A DNA stretch of 64,000 bases, taken from an uncultured Anaerolineae bacterium (GTDB lineage Bacteria > Chloroflexota > Anaerolineae > Aggregatilineales > UBA3940). The stretch is taken from the NCBI GenBank assembly GCA_964439625.1, contig CAYTPI010000001.1, positions 80,944 to 144,943 of the forward strand, read 5' to 3'. Made by a program: the position numbers and the translations under genes. The notes beneath the pieces are model-generated. The model searched no databases, had not been told where the DNA came from, and saw only the letters and a program-made list of their open reading frames with translations. Shown piece by piece: positions 39,501-47,684 of this stretch (position 1 is its first letter; every line of letters begins with the position of its first letter).

Positions 39501-42500
39501 AGCGTGCCGTCTTTACGGTAGTTTCTCAACAAGACGGTTGTCTTGCGGCCTTCCTCCAGCGCTGACCGTAGTTCGTCAAGGGCTTCTTGGTCGCGATCAT
39601 CGCTCTGAAGGAAACGACAGTTGTTGCCGACAGCCTCGTCAAAGCTGTAGCCGGTGATGGTCGTAAAGGCCTCGTTGACGTAAGTCAGGGGCATGTCTGG
39701 CTGACGGGCATCTACAATTGAGACACCAACCAGACTACTTTCAACCGCTGCTTGCTGCAACTGGAGCTCTTCGATCAGGCGCGTGTTCTCAAGGGCCGAG
39801 CTCAACTGCGTGGTGATAATTTCGAGAAGCTGGATTTCCTCGTTGGTGAAGTAGTCTTTCTGGTCGTGCTGAACGTCAAGCACACCAATAATGCGTCCAC
39901 CGGCATCCATCGGAATAGCTGCCTCTGACTTCGTGCGTGGGAGCAGAGGGTTCGGTAGGTGCCCAGGGTTTTGCCGCACGTCGTTCACAATCACTGGCTC
40001 GCCAGTACGCGCGGCTTCAGCCACAAGACTGCGTTGGGCCCCCAGCGGGATAGTGTGGCGGCGTGCCTTCATCGATGCACCCGCTTCACCGAGGCCTTCG
40101 ACAACAACCAAGGCCTGATCGCCTTCATTAAGCAGATAGATATGCGCATGGTAGAAGCCGAAACCGCGGTCTAGCTGCTCAATGGTGCGTTCTAACAGGC
40201 GCTCTTGGTTGAAGATAGAACTCAATTCTTGCGCCAATTCATAGGCTGTAGTTTGGCGCACCTGCCGCAGTGCGCTTTCGGTCACATCGGAAATACTGGC
40301 GATGATGTTGTCACTATCTTGGACTTGGGAGAAACTGGCATTGAAGTAGCGTTTACCAATTGGCAAGTCGAGCGTGTAGCGCATCGACTGCACCGCACCA
40401 GTTTCACGGGTAACGTCGAGCAGTTCTTCAAACGCTTCACCAGTCTGCCCTGGTAATACTTGAATAGGTGTTTTGCCAATCAGGTTGGCACGCTCCTCTA
40501 CCAGCAGTTCATCTGATGAGGCGTAAACCTGTAAGTGGCGGTTGTCGCAGTCGAACACGGTGAGTATGTTTGGAATGGAACTCACGACGATGTCTAACTC
40601 AGCCAACGCCTGCTGTGCATTTTCGAGCGCCTGCTGCGCTTCAAAGGTTGTTGAAATTTGAGTCCCTAATTGACCATAGAAACGCTGATCAGCACGGGTA
40701 AATATTTGTGGGTCGGGGAAGTTCACTGTGATAAGCCCGAGCCAACGTCCACCAATCGCCAGCGGCAAAAGAACGAGGCCGCGAACGTCAAGGAGCGTGT
40801 AGGTTGCTTTTTGATCTTCAGTCAGTCGTTCGGATGCTTTAATGTCGTCGATCAAGCGGGCCTGTGTTGGGTCTTCCAGCCAGACGTCGGCAAATGGAAT
40901 TTCCGCAATTTCAAATACAGCACCCTGTGGCATTGCGATGCCTTCATCGGTAGCGGCTGAGGCTGAGACGCGCGCCGTTTCCGGTACACCATCAGCATTG
41001 AGATCAAAGGTAAACAACGAAACCGAGGCCGCACCGCGTTCAAAGCTGCGCTCTGCGATGGCTTGCAGCACTTCGCTGCTGGTTGGCGCTTCAATAATGG
41101 TACGCGAGGTTTCAAACAGCAGTTCTGATTCGCTCAATGCCAGCGACGTTTGGCGCAGCAGACGCTGGTTGTCTAACACGTTGGCAAACTGTGGGGCCAA
41201 CAAGTCAAGCATCTGATACTCGTCGTCTTGCAGCTCAACTTTGTCCGACCAGACCAACGTTACTAGGCCAACCCAGCGCCGCCCGAGCGGTACCAGTGGC
41301 ACCAGCGTCACAGCGGTGATGCCTGTCTTGATCAAGGTGTCACGCAGTTCGTCGTTCAAGCGGTCATCTGAGACGATGTCCGGTATGGACTGAATAACGT
41401 TCAAGTTACCGAAAATCAACTCCAAGAGTTGAAAATTATCTAGTTCGTACATCGTACCGATAGGGGCATCATCGTGCACCACATCGGTGTTGTTGGTGCG
41501 GGCCGCCAGTTCAAACATGACTGGGTTGCCAGCCTCATCGTTGATCACAAGGTGAAGTGTCGCCGTGCCGGGGTTCGAATTCAGAATGGGCTCGACGAAG
41601 GTTTCCAGTAATTGCTGTGGATTATCAAGCTCGTTGAGGCGGCGACCAATCTGGTAGAGCGTCTCAACTTGGAATAGGGCTTCTTCTGTCTGGCGAAGCA
41701 GTTGTGCGCCGGTAATGGTGTACGCAATCGAGATAGCAGCGGTTTGCATCAACTCAATTTCGGACTCTTCCCAAAGGCGTTCCTCTTCGGTTTCGTCTAT
41801 ACCGATGACGCCGAACAATGTATTCTCAACCATAATCGGAATGAGCAAGATAGACTGTGCGCCCATTTCATGCATCAGGTTGCGCTCGTGCTTGTGTGGT
41901 TCCGTGGTAACCGAGCTGAGAACCGTTTTGCCCTGCTGAAGTTCGTTGTACCAGTTAGGCATGGCGTCTTCGAGTACCATATTCCGTAGGCTTGGGTTTT
42001 CGCTGTACTTTGTCTTTCTTGGGGATGCCCAATCATAGAGAATTCCATCATTGCCAAGGTCATCATCCAGCGGTGTTATGTGCCGGACAAGGAAGACATG
42101 GCACGCACGAGAGACTTCGCCAAGAATACGAATGGAGTCATTCAACCCATCGATGCCGAGGTTTAACAGGTTGGTAGCAACTCGAGCTACTGCCGCTGAG
42201 AAGCGGTTCTGGCGAGCTAGGTTGTCTAGTGCGTTGCGGGTTTGTTCTTGTGCTTCTTGCAGACTCTGGAAGGTGCGCGCGTTTTGCACCGCCACAGATA
42301 CCTGACCTGCCAATGTGTTCATCACCAAAATGGTTTCTGGTTTGAAGTAATCTACCCGTTCCGATTGCAAGTCAAGAACGCCAAGTACCTCGTCTTCTGC
42401 GAGTAGCGGCAGGGCTAACTCTGATCGTGTCTCGGGGAGCAGGGGGTTCGGTAAGTGTCCTACTTCCTTACTGACATCAGCAATAACGATTGCTTGCTTG

Positions 42501-44053
42501 CCGCGTGCAGCGCGTGCCACTAAGGAGCGCTCGGCCTGAGCAGAAATTGCATGGCCTTGCTGCTTCATGAAGCGGCCTGCTGTTCCTGCACCGGCTTCCA
42601 TCTTGAGCATATCTGTCGATGGATCTAATAGGTAGACATGAGCATGATAGAGACCAAAGCTTTCTTTCGTTAACTCAGCGACTTGAGGCAGCACTTCTTC
42701 CAGTGACAGACTGCGGGATATCTGCTGCGAGACTTCCGCGGCAATCTCTAGATCGCGGGTGCGTTCTGCAACCCGATCTTCGAGCGTGGTAATGGTCTCT
42801 TCAAGCTGTTCTGCCATCGTATTGAAGGCATTGCCCAACTCACCGAACTCGTCTTGGCGGTTGACTTCTACTCGCGTGCCGAGGCCACCCTCACTAGAAA
42901 TTCGCTGCGCACCTTCGCGAAGCTGTTCGAGTGGTTGCGTGAAGGTCAGTGTAAGCTGCCGTGCAACGACCAGCGCGAGGGCAACCACGACACCAAGGGT
43001 TGCCAACAACAGCGTAGTTGAGCGGCGTACGGGTGTTAAAATAAATTCTGTCCGTGCGAGGCCAATCACATGCCAGTTGACGAACGCCAAACTCTCAGAG
43101 TCGCTCAAGGAAATCGGTTCAATGAAGGCGGCTGCTTCGGCCCCATCTTGACTCGCAACAATGTTGAACTGAGCATCAAAAAAGCCCATACCGAGTGCAT
43201 CCGCAGAAAGCTGGTTAGCAATTAACCCAGGGACTGCGCGAAGTTGCTCGTTTGGTTCATAGGGTTGCCCGGCTTGGAATAGAATATCTCCGATGGAATT
43301 GACAAGCAGGTATTCGCCAGCCGGTGAATTAACCAGTTGCACTGTCAAACCCTCGATGTTGTACAGGCTGTGCATGACAGCGACTGTGCCGGAGCGGTCA
43401 ACTTCAATTGGCGTTGCGATTGTGACAACAGCATTGCCTGTGCGTTCATTGGTCCGGACTTCTGGATCGATGTAAAATTGTTCGGCTTCACCCTCAATGG
43501 CTGACTGCCACCAAGCAGTATCATTATAGAGGTAAGGGACATCCCGCTCGGTTGATGCAATTAATGCACCGAACTGGTCTACAATAATCATCTCTTCATG
43601 GAACGGGACGTCGGTGGTGACATCCTGTAATCCCCTTGCGCTGTCGCCTGACAGCACCCCCAGTCGGATCGCAGCCGTATCGTTAGTATTGTTCCAACGG
43701 GCTTCAGCCTCTGCAATGCGCTCGCTGCGAATCGTTTCATCTTCCGGATAGTTTGATAGCCGAGCGACAATATCACGCTGAATAATTTCGCTCGCACTGA
43801 AAATGTTCATGAAATCAACTTGATCTTCAATGGCGGCTGTGATTTCCCCTGCGGCAGCACGTGTGCTTTCTTCAAGGTCGGCGTTGGCTTGCTGCACTGT
43901 GTCCGCCCGCGTGCGGAAGATCGCCAGTAAGGCGATGACAATTAGCGGAATAGTTGCAACAAGGAGGATAGATAGCAGAAGGCGTCTTCCGACGGAGCTT
44001 CTGTTTTGTGGGGCATTTTGTGATTCCGAGGGCATTGAGTCCATGGTTGCCAC
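36593..44053 (-). CDS. Giant sensor histidine kinase (2486 aa): TM, Cache-like sensor, TM, HAMP, ~8 GAF, 3 PAS (one LOV), HisKA, HATPase_c
   Basis: TM1 (LLLSILLVATIPLIVIALLAIF), about 300 aa extracytoplasmic, TM2, HAMP (FTQPLEQL...GELGNAFNTMAEQL). GAF blocks, four of them carrying GHLPNPLLP. H-box MSHELRTPL (His codon ~37373-37375). LLSNAIKFT, DTGIGIP, GTGLGLAI. The ATG at 44044, 6 nt after AAGGTG, is an alternative start. Confidence 0.9.
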   Translation of the reverse strand: MATMDSMPSESQNAPQNRSSVGRRLLLSILLVATIPLIVIALLAIFRTRADTVQQANADLEESTRAAAGEITAAIEDQVDFMNIFSASEIIQRDIVARLSNYPEDETIRSERIAEAEARWNNTNDTAAIRLGVLSGDSARGLQDVTTDVPFHEEMIIVDQFGALIASTERDVPYLYNDTAWWQSAIEGEAEQFYIDPEVRTNERTGNAVVTIATPIEVDRSGTVAVMHSLYNIEGLTVQLVNSPAGEYLLVNSIGDILFQAGQPYEPNEQLRAVPGLIANQLSADALGMGFFDAQFNIVASQDGAEAAAFIEPISLSDSESLAFVNWHVIGLARTEFILTPVRRSTTLLLATLGVVVALALVVARQLTLTFTQPLEQLREGAQRISSEGGLGTRVEVNRQDEFGELGNAFNTMAEQLEETITTLEDRVAERTRDLEIAAEVSQQISRSLSLEEVLPQVAELTKESFGLYHAHVYLLDPSTDMLKMEAGAGTAGRFMKQQGHAISAQAERSLVARAARGKQAIVIADVSKEVGHLPNPLLPETRSELALPLLAEDEVLGVLDLQSERVDYFKPETILVMNTLAGQVSVAVQNARTFQSLQEAQEQTRNALDNLARQNRFSAAVARVATNLLNLGIDGLNDSIRILGEVSRACHVFLVRHITPLDDDLGNDGILYDWASPRKTKYSENPSLRNMVLEDAMPNWYNELQQGKTVLSSVTTEPHKHERNLMHEMGAQSILLIPIMVENTLFGVIGIDETEEERLWEESEIELMQTAAISIAYTITGAQLLRQTEEALFQVETLYQIGRRLNELDNPQQLLETFVEPILNSNPGTATLHLVINDEAGNPVMFELAARTNNTDVVHDDAPIGTMYELDNFQLLELIFGNLNVIQSIPDIVSDDRLNDELRDTLIKTGITAVTLVPLVPLGRRWVGLVTLVWSDKVELQDDEYQMLDLLAPQFANVLDNQRLLRQTSLALSESELLFETSRTIIEAPTSSEVLQAIAERSFERGAASVSLFTFDLNADGVPETARVSASAATDEGIAMPQGAVFEIAEIPFADVWLEDPTQARLIDDIKASERLTEDQKATYTLLDVRGLVLLPLAIGGRWLGLITVNFPDPQIFTRADQRFYGQLGTQISTTFEAQQALENAQQALAELDIVVSSIPNILTVFDCDNRHLQVYASSDELLVEERANLIGKTPIQVLPGQTGEAFEELLDVTRETGAVQSMRYTLDLPIGKRYFNASFSQVQDSDNIIASISDVTESALRQVRQTTAYELAQELSSIFNQERLLERTIEQLDRGFGFYHAHIYLLNEGDQALVVVEGLGEAGASMKARRHTIPLGAQRSLVAEAARTGEPVIVNDVRQNPGHLPNPLLPRTKSEAAIPMDAGGRIIGVLDVQHDQKDYFTNEEIQLLEIITTQLSSALENTRLIEELQLQQAAVESSLVGVSIVDARQPDMPLTYVNEAFTTITGYSFDEAVGNNCRFLQSDDRDQEALDELRSALEEGRKTTVLLRNYRKDGTLFYNELNISPIVNREGDLTYFVGLQYDVTDRIRQTERETLGRELARSLSTVLDPQELLSITVSQLADTFNYYHAHIYLLDEEENVLFLAEGLGQAGQQLKNRGHAIPLNAARSFVAAAARDNQSIAVDDVTTDPGHLPNPLLPQTQAEVAIPISLGKRVLGVLDIQQDTPFAFDEAEINTLEIVSSQLAVALSNAELFSETEASLRLTESLYEASSSIAAAGSFDQLLQAIVSTTPPAHLDRLDLYLFDEPITIGQSISTYQHMSAYSMTDKQAQVTQSSEGIDHDLLLSLRDNAVDGLFYAADLDKDQRIDDITRETVPQMSTARSMMSLLLRDSSRRWLGWISLTGTEPGAISEQTERFYRSVAEQASITVSNQLLLNRVRDALVNTAESERLIRSVIDASVDWIFLKDRDLRFVLANEKMTTEAFALSPEEIIGKRDEDLSDEAYITGEIGGTPGYRADDLKVLEKGQIVYNANDLVEFANGEQRVLETRKIPVMDNAGKVVYILGISRDITEERRIERRQETAYELARQLTATLDIEELLDNTVTRVAQAFDYYYCHIYLMNREQGVLTVRAGLGHAGSEMKRREHSIPMDAGRSLVARSARTLEPVVVNDVRTDPFHLPNPLLPDTISEAAIPLAVGDDVVGVLDVQQDRAEQFNNDEIRTLSILASQLAIAISNAELYQEQLKTMDKLREVDQLKSEFLANMSHELRTPLNSIIGYSELLIDEMKEELDEMALDDIKAIHSSGHHLLAIINDVLDLAKIEAGRMELNRSQVDLTNTLPQIVDMLRVQLRDKPSVELRIEIEEDLPVVSADAVRIRQVIWNLLSNAIKFTEKGYVRVGVMTVNNRWLHVEVQDTGIGIPYEQHSFIFDQFRQADGSATRKAGGTGLGLAITRQLARLHGGDVWLESSEPGTGSVFILSLPLEPTSEDLPDEDSIGGNVSRNGHASSSNGNGHRSGEEVDEFTGD
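39409..39736 (-). other. LOV (light-oxygen-voltage, flavin-binding PAS) domain inside the giant kinase
   Basis: VSIVDARQPDMPLTYVNEAFTTITGYSFDEAVGNNCRFLQSDDRDQEALDELRSALEEGRKTTVLLRNYRKDGTLFYNELNISPIVNREGDLTYFVGLQYDVTDR. The adduct-forming Cys lies in NCRFLQ (codon 39617-39619). The flavin-contact N (RNY), N...N (YNELN) and Q (GLQ) are all present. Confidence 0.8.
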
Positions 44054-44388
44054 CTTAACTACTGTGAACTAGATGAATATACATATATAGGTATCGGCGC
44101 TGACAGAAGACACTGGGTAGCATACGTCTGTCTGTTATGTGAACGAACATTGTTCTACGATTAGCGCTGTTAATAACTTATAGCGTATCGGCTGGGGTTT
44201 GACTGTCAAGCTGGTTGTACACCGATACTACCTATCAAAACAAGTTTACCGGAAAATTGCACAGACAATTTGATAATCGCATAACAATGATCAAACAACC
44301 ACTGTTTGTTGCTACAGTATGGCACAGAATCAAGATAACGGCGTTAGCTGAAACAATAATTTAACAAGAAACATTTTTAAGGCTAACG

Positions 44389-44397
44389 TGGCATAAT
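44389..44397 (+). promoter_or_regulatory. Possible extended -10 element upstream of 44431
   Basis: TGgCATAAT lies about 34 nt upstream of the GTG start. No convincing -35. Confidence 0.3.
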
Positions 44398-44430
44398 CCA
44401 GCAGGGATCACTTTCGGAGAGGAATCAAGT

Positions 44431-44760
44431 GTGAAAAATCTACGGATATCAACACTGGTAACGATTGTTCTACTTATTGTCGGCTTCATCTTAGCGATTC
44501 TTGCCTTCGCCCAGGCCAGCAACTCTGAGATATCACCACTTTTCATCCTCATTGTGATGCTAGTATCGGCCTTATTTTTTGCAGCGGCGGCAGTCGTTGC
44601 CCTTCGGCGGAAATCTATCGTGCAGCGTGTGGTTGGCTTAGCCGCGGTGGTCGCGGCAGTCTACATGATCGCATTCGGCATTTTTAGTTACAGTATGTTG
44701 CGCATCGAGGTTCCTGAAGAATTTCTAGAAAGCCAGCGCACTCCGGAATTACCACAATAG
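44431..44760 (+). CDS. Small membrane protein (3 TM), unknown function
   Basis: GTG start after GGAGAGG. Three hydrophobic helices and an acidic C-terminus. Confidence 0.6.
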   Translation: MKNLRISTLVTIVLLIVGFILAILAFAQASNSEISPLFILIVMLVSALFFAAAAVVALRRKSIVQRVVGLAAVVAAVYMIAFGIFSYSMLRIEVPEEFLESQRTPELPQ

Positions 44761-44762
44761 CG

Positions 44763-45419
44763 TCAGTCTTTCGTCTGCTTAAACTGCTGTAACTGATGAT
44801 GCGTGTAACGCCCCACAGGTGCAGTTTGCAGATGACTTACTAGGTCAGTGGGGCTTACCAACCGCCGACCATCAGATTGGTGAACTGATGTTATGTTTGA
44901 GCGGCGAGCGTGTGCCAGTGCCGCTTCAACTTGGTCATGCAAGATGAGCGATATAATCTCAGGTTGACGCTGCTTAATCCCAAAGAAACAATAATGACCA
45001 GCCCTATTTGCATAGATCAAGAGGTTAATTGTAGGTTCTTCCAATCGCTCTGCGGCATGCTGTAGAGTTTGGCGAGTGAGCCCTGTAATATGTTGATGTA
45101 ACACAATGACGGCCCGCTGAGTTTGCTCAAAATGCTCCCGGATTGCATTTTCTACCTGTTCAGCCGATGTTACGCCATCGTATTCTCCTAGTTCGAAACC
45201 CGGTGCTAACTCCAAAAAATATGACCGCTCTGACCCAGTAGGAAATCCAACCACCACCGTGTAAGCGCACTGACGAAGGACCTCGGTAATATCCATCAGC
45301 AACGCATTCGCAAGGTGAGCACGGTCTTGTGCTTGCATAGACCCTGCTAGGGCAGGCAATGAATTCCCGACAATAGGCCGGTCAGCGTACAACAAAATAA
45401 TAGGGTCAGCTTGTATCAT
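44763..45419 (-). CDS. DUF2064-like protein, divergent paralog of 51418-52083 with degenerate motifs
   Basis: Colinear with the 221-aa DUF2064 protein: IILLYADRPIVGNSLPAL vs IIIFAKQPIPGKTKTRL; YFLELAPGFEL vs YFAAIAPGFHL; VIVLHQHITGL vs VMVADGDSPTL; NRAGHYCFFG vs EDGGYYGLAM. Confidence 0.6.
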   Translation of the reverse strand: MIQADPIILLYADRPIVGNSLPALAGSMQAQDRAHLANALLMDITEVLRQCAYTVVVGFPTGSERSYFLELAPGFELGEYDGVTSAEQVENAIREHFEQTQRAVIVLHQHITGLTRQTLQHAAERLEEPTINLLIYANRAGHYCFFGIKQRQPEIISLILHDQVEAALAHARRSNITSVHQSDGRRLVSPTDLVSHLQTAPVGRYTHHQLQQFKQTKD

Positions 45420-45466
45420 TGTCTATCACTATATTGTTATATTGTTGCCAGAAAGAGGTTGAAACG

Positions 45467-46108
45467 ATGCCAGTTCAGGGTGCAGTTGTGCATTTTATGG
45501 GCACAGCCAAAGGCGATGTCGAACGCTTGGTAACATGGTACAATGCGCCCATCACATATGACCTTTCGCAGGTTCCGGATGAGTCTTGGAATAACGACAG
45601 CAAGCAAGGTTTGATCGGCACAGATGAAACAACCCTCTTATTCCAAACTGCCTCTGACTTGCTCTTACGCTACCAATATTATCCTGAAAGCGTGTTGCAG
45701 GTAACTTCTGATTTTGGCTTTAATGATCGCACTATGGTGCCAGAAGACCGGATGCTTCTCCGGGTTCATGTACTTCAGTTGGCGAATAGGCATCTTGTTG
45801 ATGCACTGGTTGTTAACCGCGTCGTTAAGGTCATCCGGGAGGCACGTCGTACCGAAATCGCATATGTAACAACCTCACGCCATAGTGAGGTCGGGGTTTG
45901 GCGTGGTGCCGTCCACTGGCGCGAGAATGCATCCGTCTGGATCACAGTCGAAGCGTACTCGAAGACAGCGCCATATGTTTTATGGCCAGTCACAATAATC
46001 GTTCGGCTGCTGCAAAGACGAGCCTGGCAGTTGGGGATGACCCATTTTATTGAGCAGGCTCGCATCACTGCCGGGCTACCGATAGTTGATCTTACCTGTT
46101 CAGAATGA
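45467..46108 (+). CDS. Hypothetical protein, DUF1990-like
   Basis: The ATG at 45467 follows GAAAGAGG. The core EIAYVTTSRHSEVGVWRGAVHWRENASVWITVEAYSKTA resembles the DUF1990 pattern (gfaYgTl.gHpe.GeE.F.v......V...i.afSrp), from memory. Confidence 0.5.
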   Translation: MPVQGAVVHFMGTAKGDVERLVTWYNAPITYDLSQVPDESWNNDSKQGLIGTDETTLLFQTASDLLLRYQYYPESVLQVTSDFGFNDRTMVPEDRMLLRVHVLQLANRHLVDALVVNRVVKVIREARRTEIAYVTTSRHSEVGVWRGAVHWRENASVWITVEAYSKTAPYVLWPVTIIVRLLQRRAWQLGMTHFIEQARITAGLPIVDLTCSE

Positions 46109-46973
46109 CCGTTTCATTCGCTCCTGTAATGTCTTCACTGAGTGCCCAAAGGTTTCGTTGTAATGTCTCGTCAGTAGCAATTTCCGGTAGGTGCGCCGCC
46201 GTCTGCCCCTGATAGTAGAGGTGACTGGCTCCTTCGCTGGACAATAACCCTGTGATCGCTTCGGCAGCATCCTGAGGGTCTGTGCCTTTAGTTGCGTTCC
46301 GAAAGCGTTTCAACACACCATACCAACCTGTATCTAACCCTAGTTCTGTGTTAAGTACCCCAGGGTTGACAGCGCTCACAGCAACTGCTGTTGAGGCTAA
46401 ACGTTTGGCTAGTTCTGTTGTAAACAGCAGGTTAAATAGTTTCGTTTGGGCATAGGCCTTATAACCATTGTAAGACCGAGATGTGAAGTGTAAATCGCCT
46501 AGGTCTGGATTTGCGTCAACAGCGGCATCACAGGTGATGTTAATGATGTGGGCAGCACGGCCCGTGCGCAGCGCGTCTAACAGGCGCATGGTCAGCAGAA
46601 AGGGGCCAAGATGATTGATGGTAACGGTCAATTCGAGACCGGTTTCTGACTCAGTTCGAACAGGAAACATCGCCGCCGCATTGTTAACGAGCACATCCAG
46701 CCGTTCAAAATGCGTTTTGAAATGCTTGGTCATAATGCGAATTTCATCAAACGATGCTAGGTCGCAGACAAAGAAATCGACATTAGGGTTTTCTGACGCT
46801 CGTCTAATTTCTTTGGCGGTCTGAGTGCAGCGCTCCATGTTACGTCCTACAAGAATGACGCGAACACCCACTTTCGCCAATCTCAGTGCGATTGCCTTGC
46901 CAAACCCTGCCGTTGCCCCGGTGACCATACAGACGTTGTTGCGAATTGGCTTGATATTTGCTGTCAGCATCAT
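46092..46973 (-). CDS. Short-chain dehydrogenase/reductase (SDR)
   Basis: TGATAGFGKAIA (TGxxxGxG), NNAA, and the catalytic YxxxK (YKAYAQTKL). Confidence 0.9.
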   Translation of the reverse strand: MMLTANIKPIRNNVCMVTGATAGFGKAIALRLAKVGVRVILVGRNMERCTQTAKEIRRASENPNVDFFVCDLASFDEIRIMTKHFKTHFERLDVLVNNAAAMFPVRTESETGLELTVTINHLGPFLLTMRLLDALRTGRAAHIINITCDAAVDANPDLGDLHFTSRSYNGYKAYAQTKLFNLLFTTELAKRLASTAVAVSAVNPGVLNTELGLDTGWYGVLKRFRNATKGTDPQDAAEAITGLLSSEGASHLYYQGQTAAHLPEIATDETLQRNLWALSEDITGANETVILNR

Positions 46974-47307
46974 GCTCTATATCTGCTTAACCTGATGTGC
47001 TTCGCTATTGAAAAGGTATCGTTTTTCCCGTTAAGGTAGCAAGCACTCGCTAATTACAACCGTGAACGTATCATGGGGGGCCTGGGTTTTCAAAGCTGCG
47101 AAGAAATGATAGTACGAAGATTTATTCTCGTGCCGTAACATGTAAAACTTCTTGGTTGATCTCAGTCTACGGTTACGGAACTATCAGTTTGAGAATTGAG
47201 CTGTTATACTGTTAATGAAATTCAAAACCTGATTGCGTAGCTAGCCGTATATGCAATTAGTGGACACGCACAGATACAAAGATTGTCAATTAAACAGGAG
47301 AATAACT

Positions 47308-47547
47308 GTGGCTATTCAAGAGAAAAAGCTTGAACGTCTGCCCGATGAGGGTGTGATCAGTGGCGTATCAGCCGGTGTTGCTGAATACGTCGGTATTGAT
47401 ACGACTTTGGTACGCATTATTTTCGTTGTTGCGTCCCTCTTTGCTGGGTTCCCAATTATAGTTTACATTGCGTTGTGGATTTTTCTGCCCGTCCGAGAAG
47501 GCACTGCAGGGGTTTCGCCACCAATGCCCTCTGATGGTGACATGTAA
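47308..47547 (+). CDS. PspC-domain small membrane protein
   Basis: GTG at 47308 follows ACAGGAG. LERLPDEGVISGVSAGVAEYVGIDTTLVRIIFVVASLFAGFPIIVYIALWIFLP. Confidence 0.8.
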   Translation: MAIQEKKLERLPDEGVISGVSAGVAEYVGIDTTLVRIIFVVASLFAGFPIIVYIALWIFLPVREGTAGVSPPMPSDGDM

Positions 47548-47605
47548 CTAACCTTTCTTCCGTGTGCAGGGGGCGTAAATTTTTCGATGTGGCTTCCTGC
47601 ATCGG

Positions 47606-47635
47606 TTGACCTGACCTTGAAACCCCTGCTATGAT
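47606..47635 (+). promoter_or_regulatory. Candidate sigma-70 promoter for 47685-48848
   Basis: TTGACC (47606-47611), an 18-nt spacer, then TATGAT (47630-47635). It lies about 50 nt upstream of the ATG. Confidence 0.45.
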
Positions 47636-47684
47636 GTGTTGCGCGCTAAGGCACATTCGCTCCATTTGACAGAAATGACCTGCT

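Noticed and set aside
37455-42760. Recurrent DNA motif (GGGTTCGGTAAGTGG-like) spaced through the giant kinase gene, considered as a CRISPR-like, DGR template/variable-region or other repeat element.
   Set aside because: The copies are in-frame codons for the HLPNPLLP loop of homologous GAF domains. They are diverged at synonymous sites and irregularly spaced, and no reverse transcriptase or cas gene is present.
44054-44430. The 377-nt AT-rich spacer upstream of the giant kinase, scanned for riboswitch-like or sRNA features and for a strong sigma-70 promoter.
   Set aside because: I saw only weak candidates: TTGACA at ~44195-44200 on the minus strand with no properly spaced -10. No conserved structured motif was recognisable by eye.
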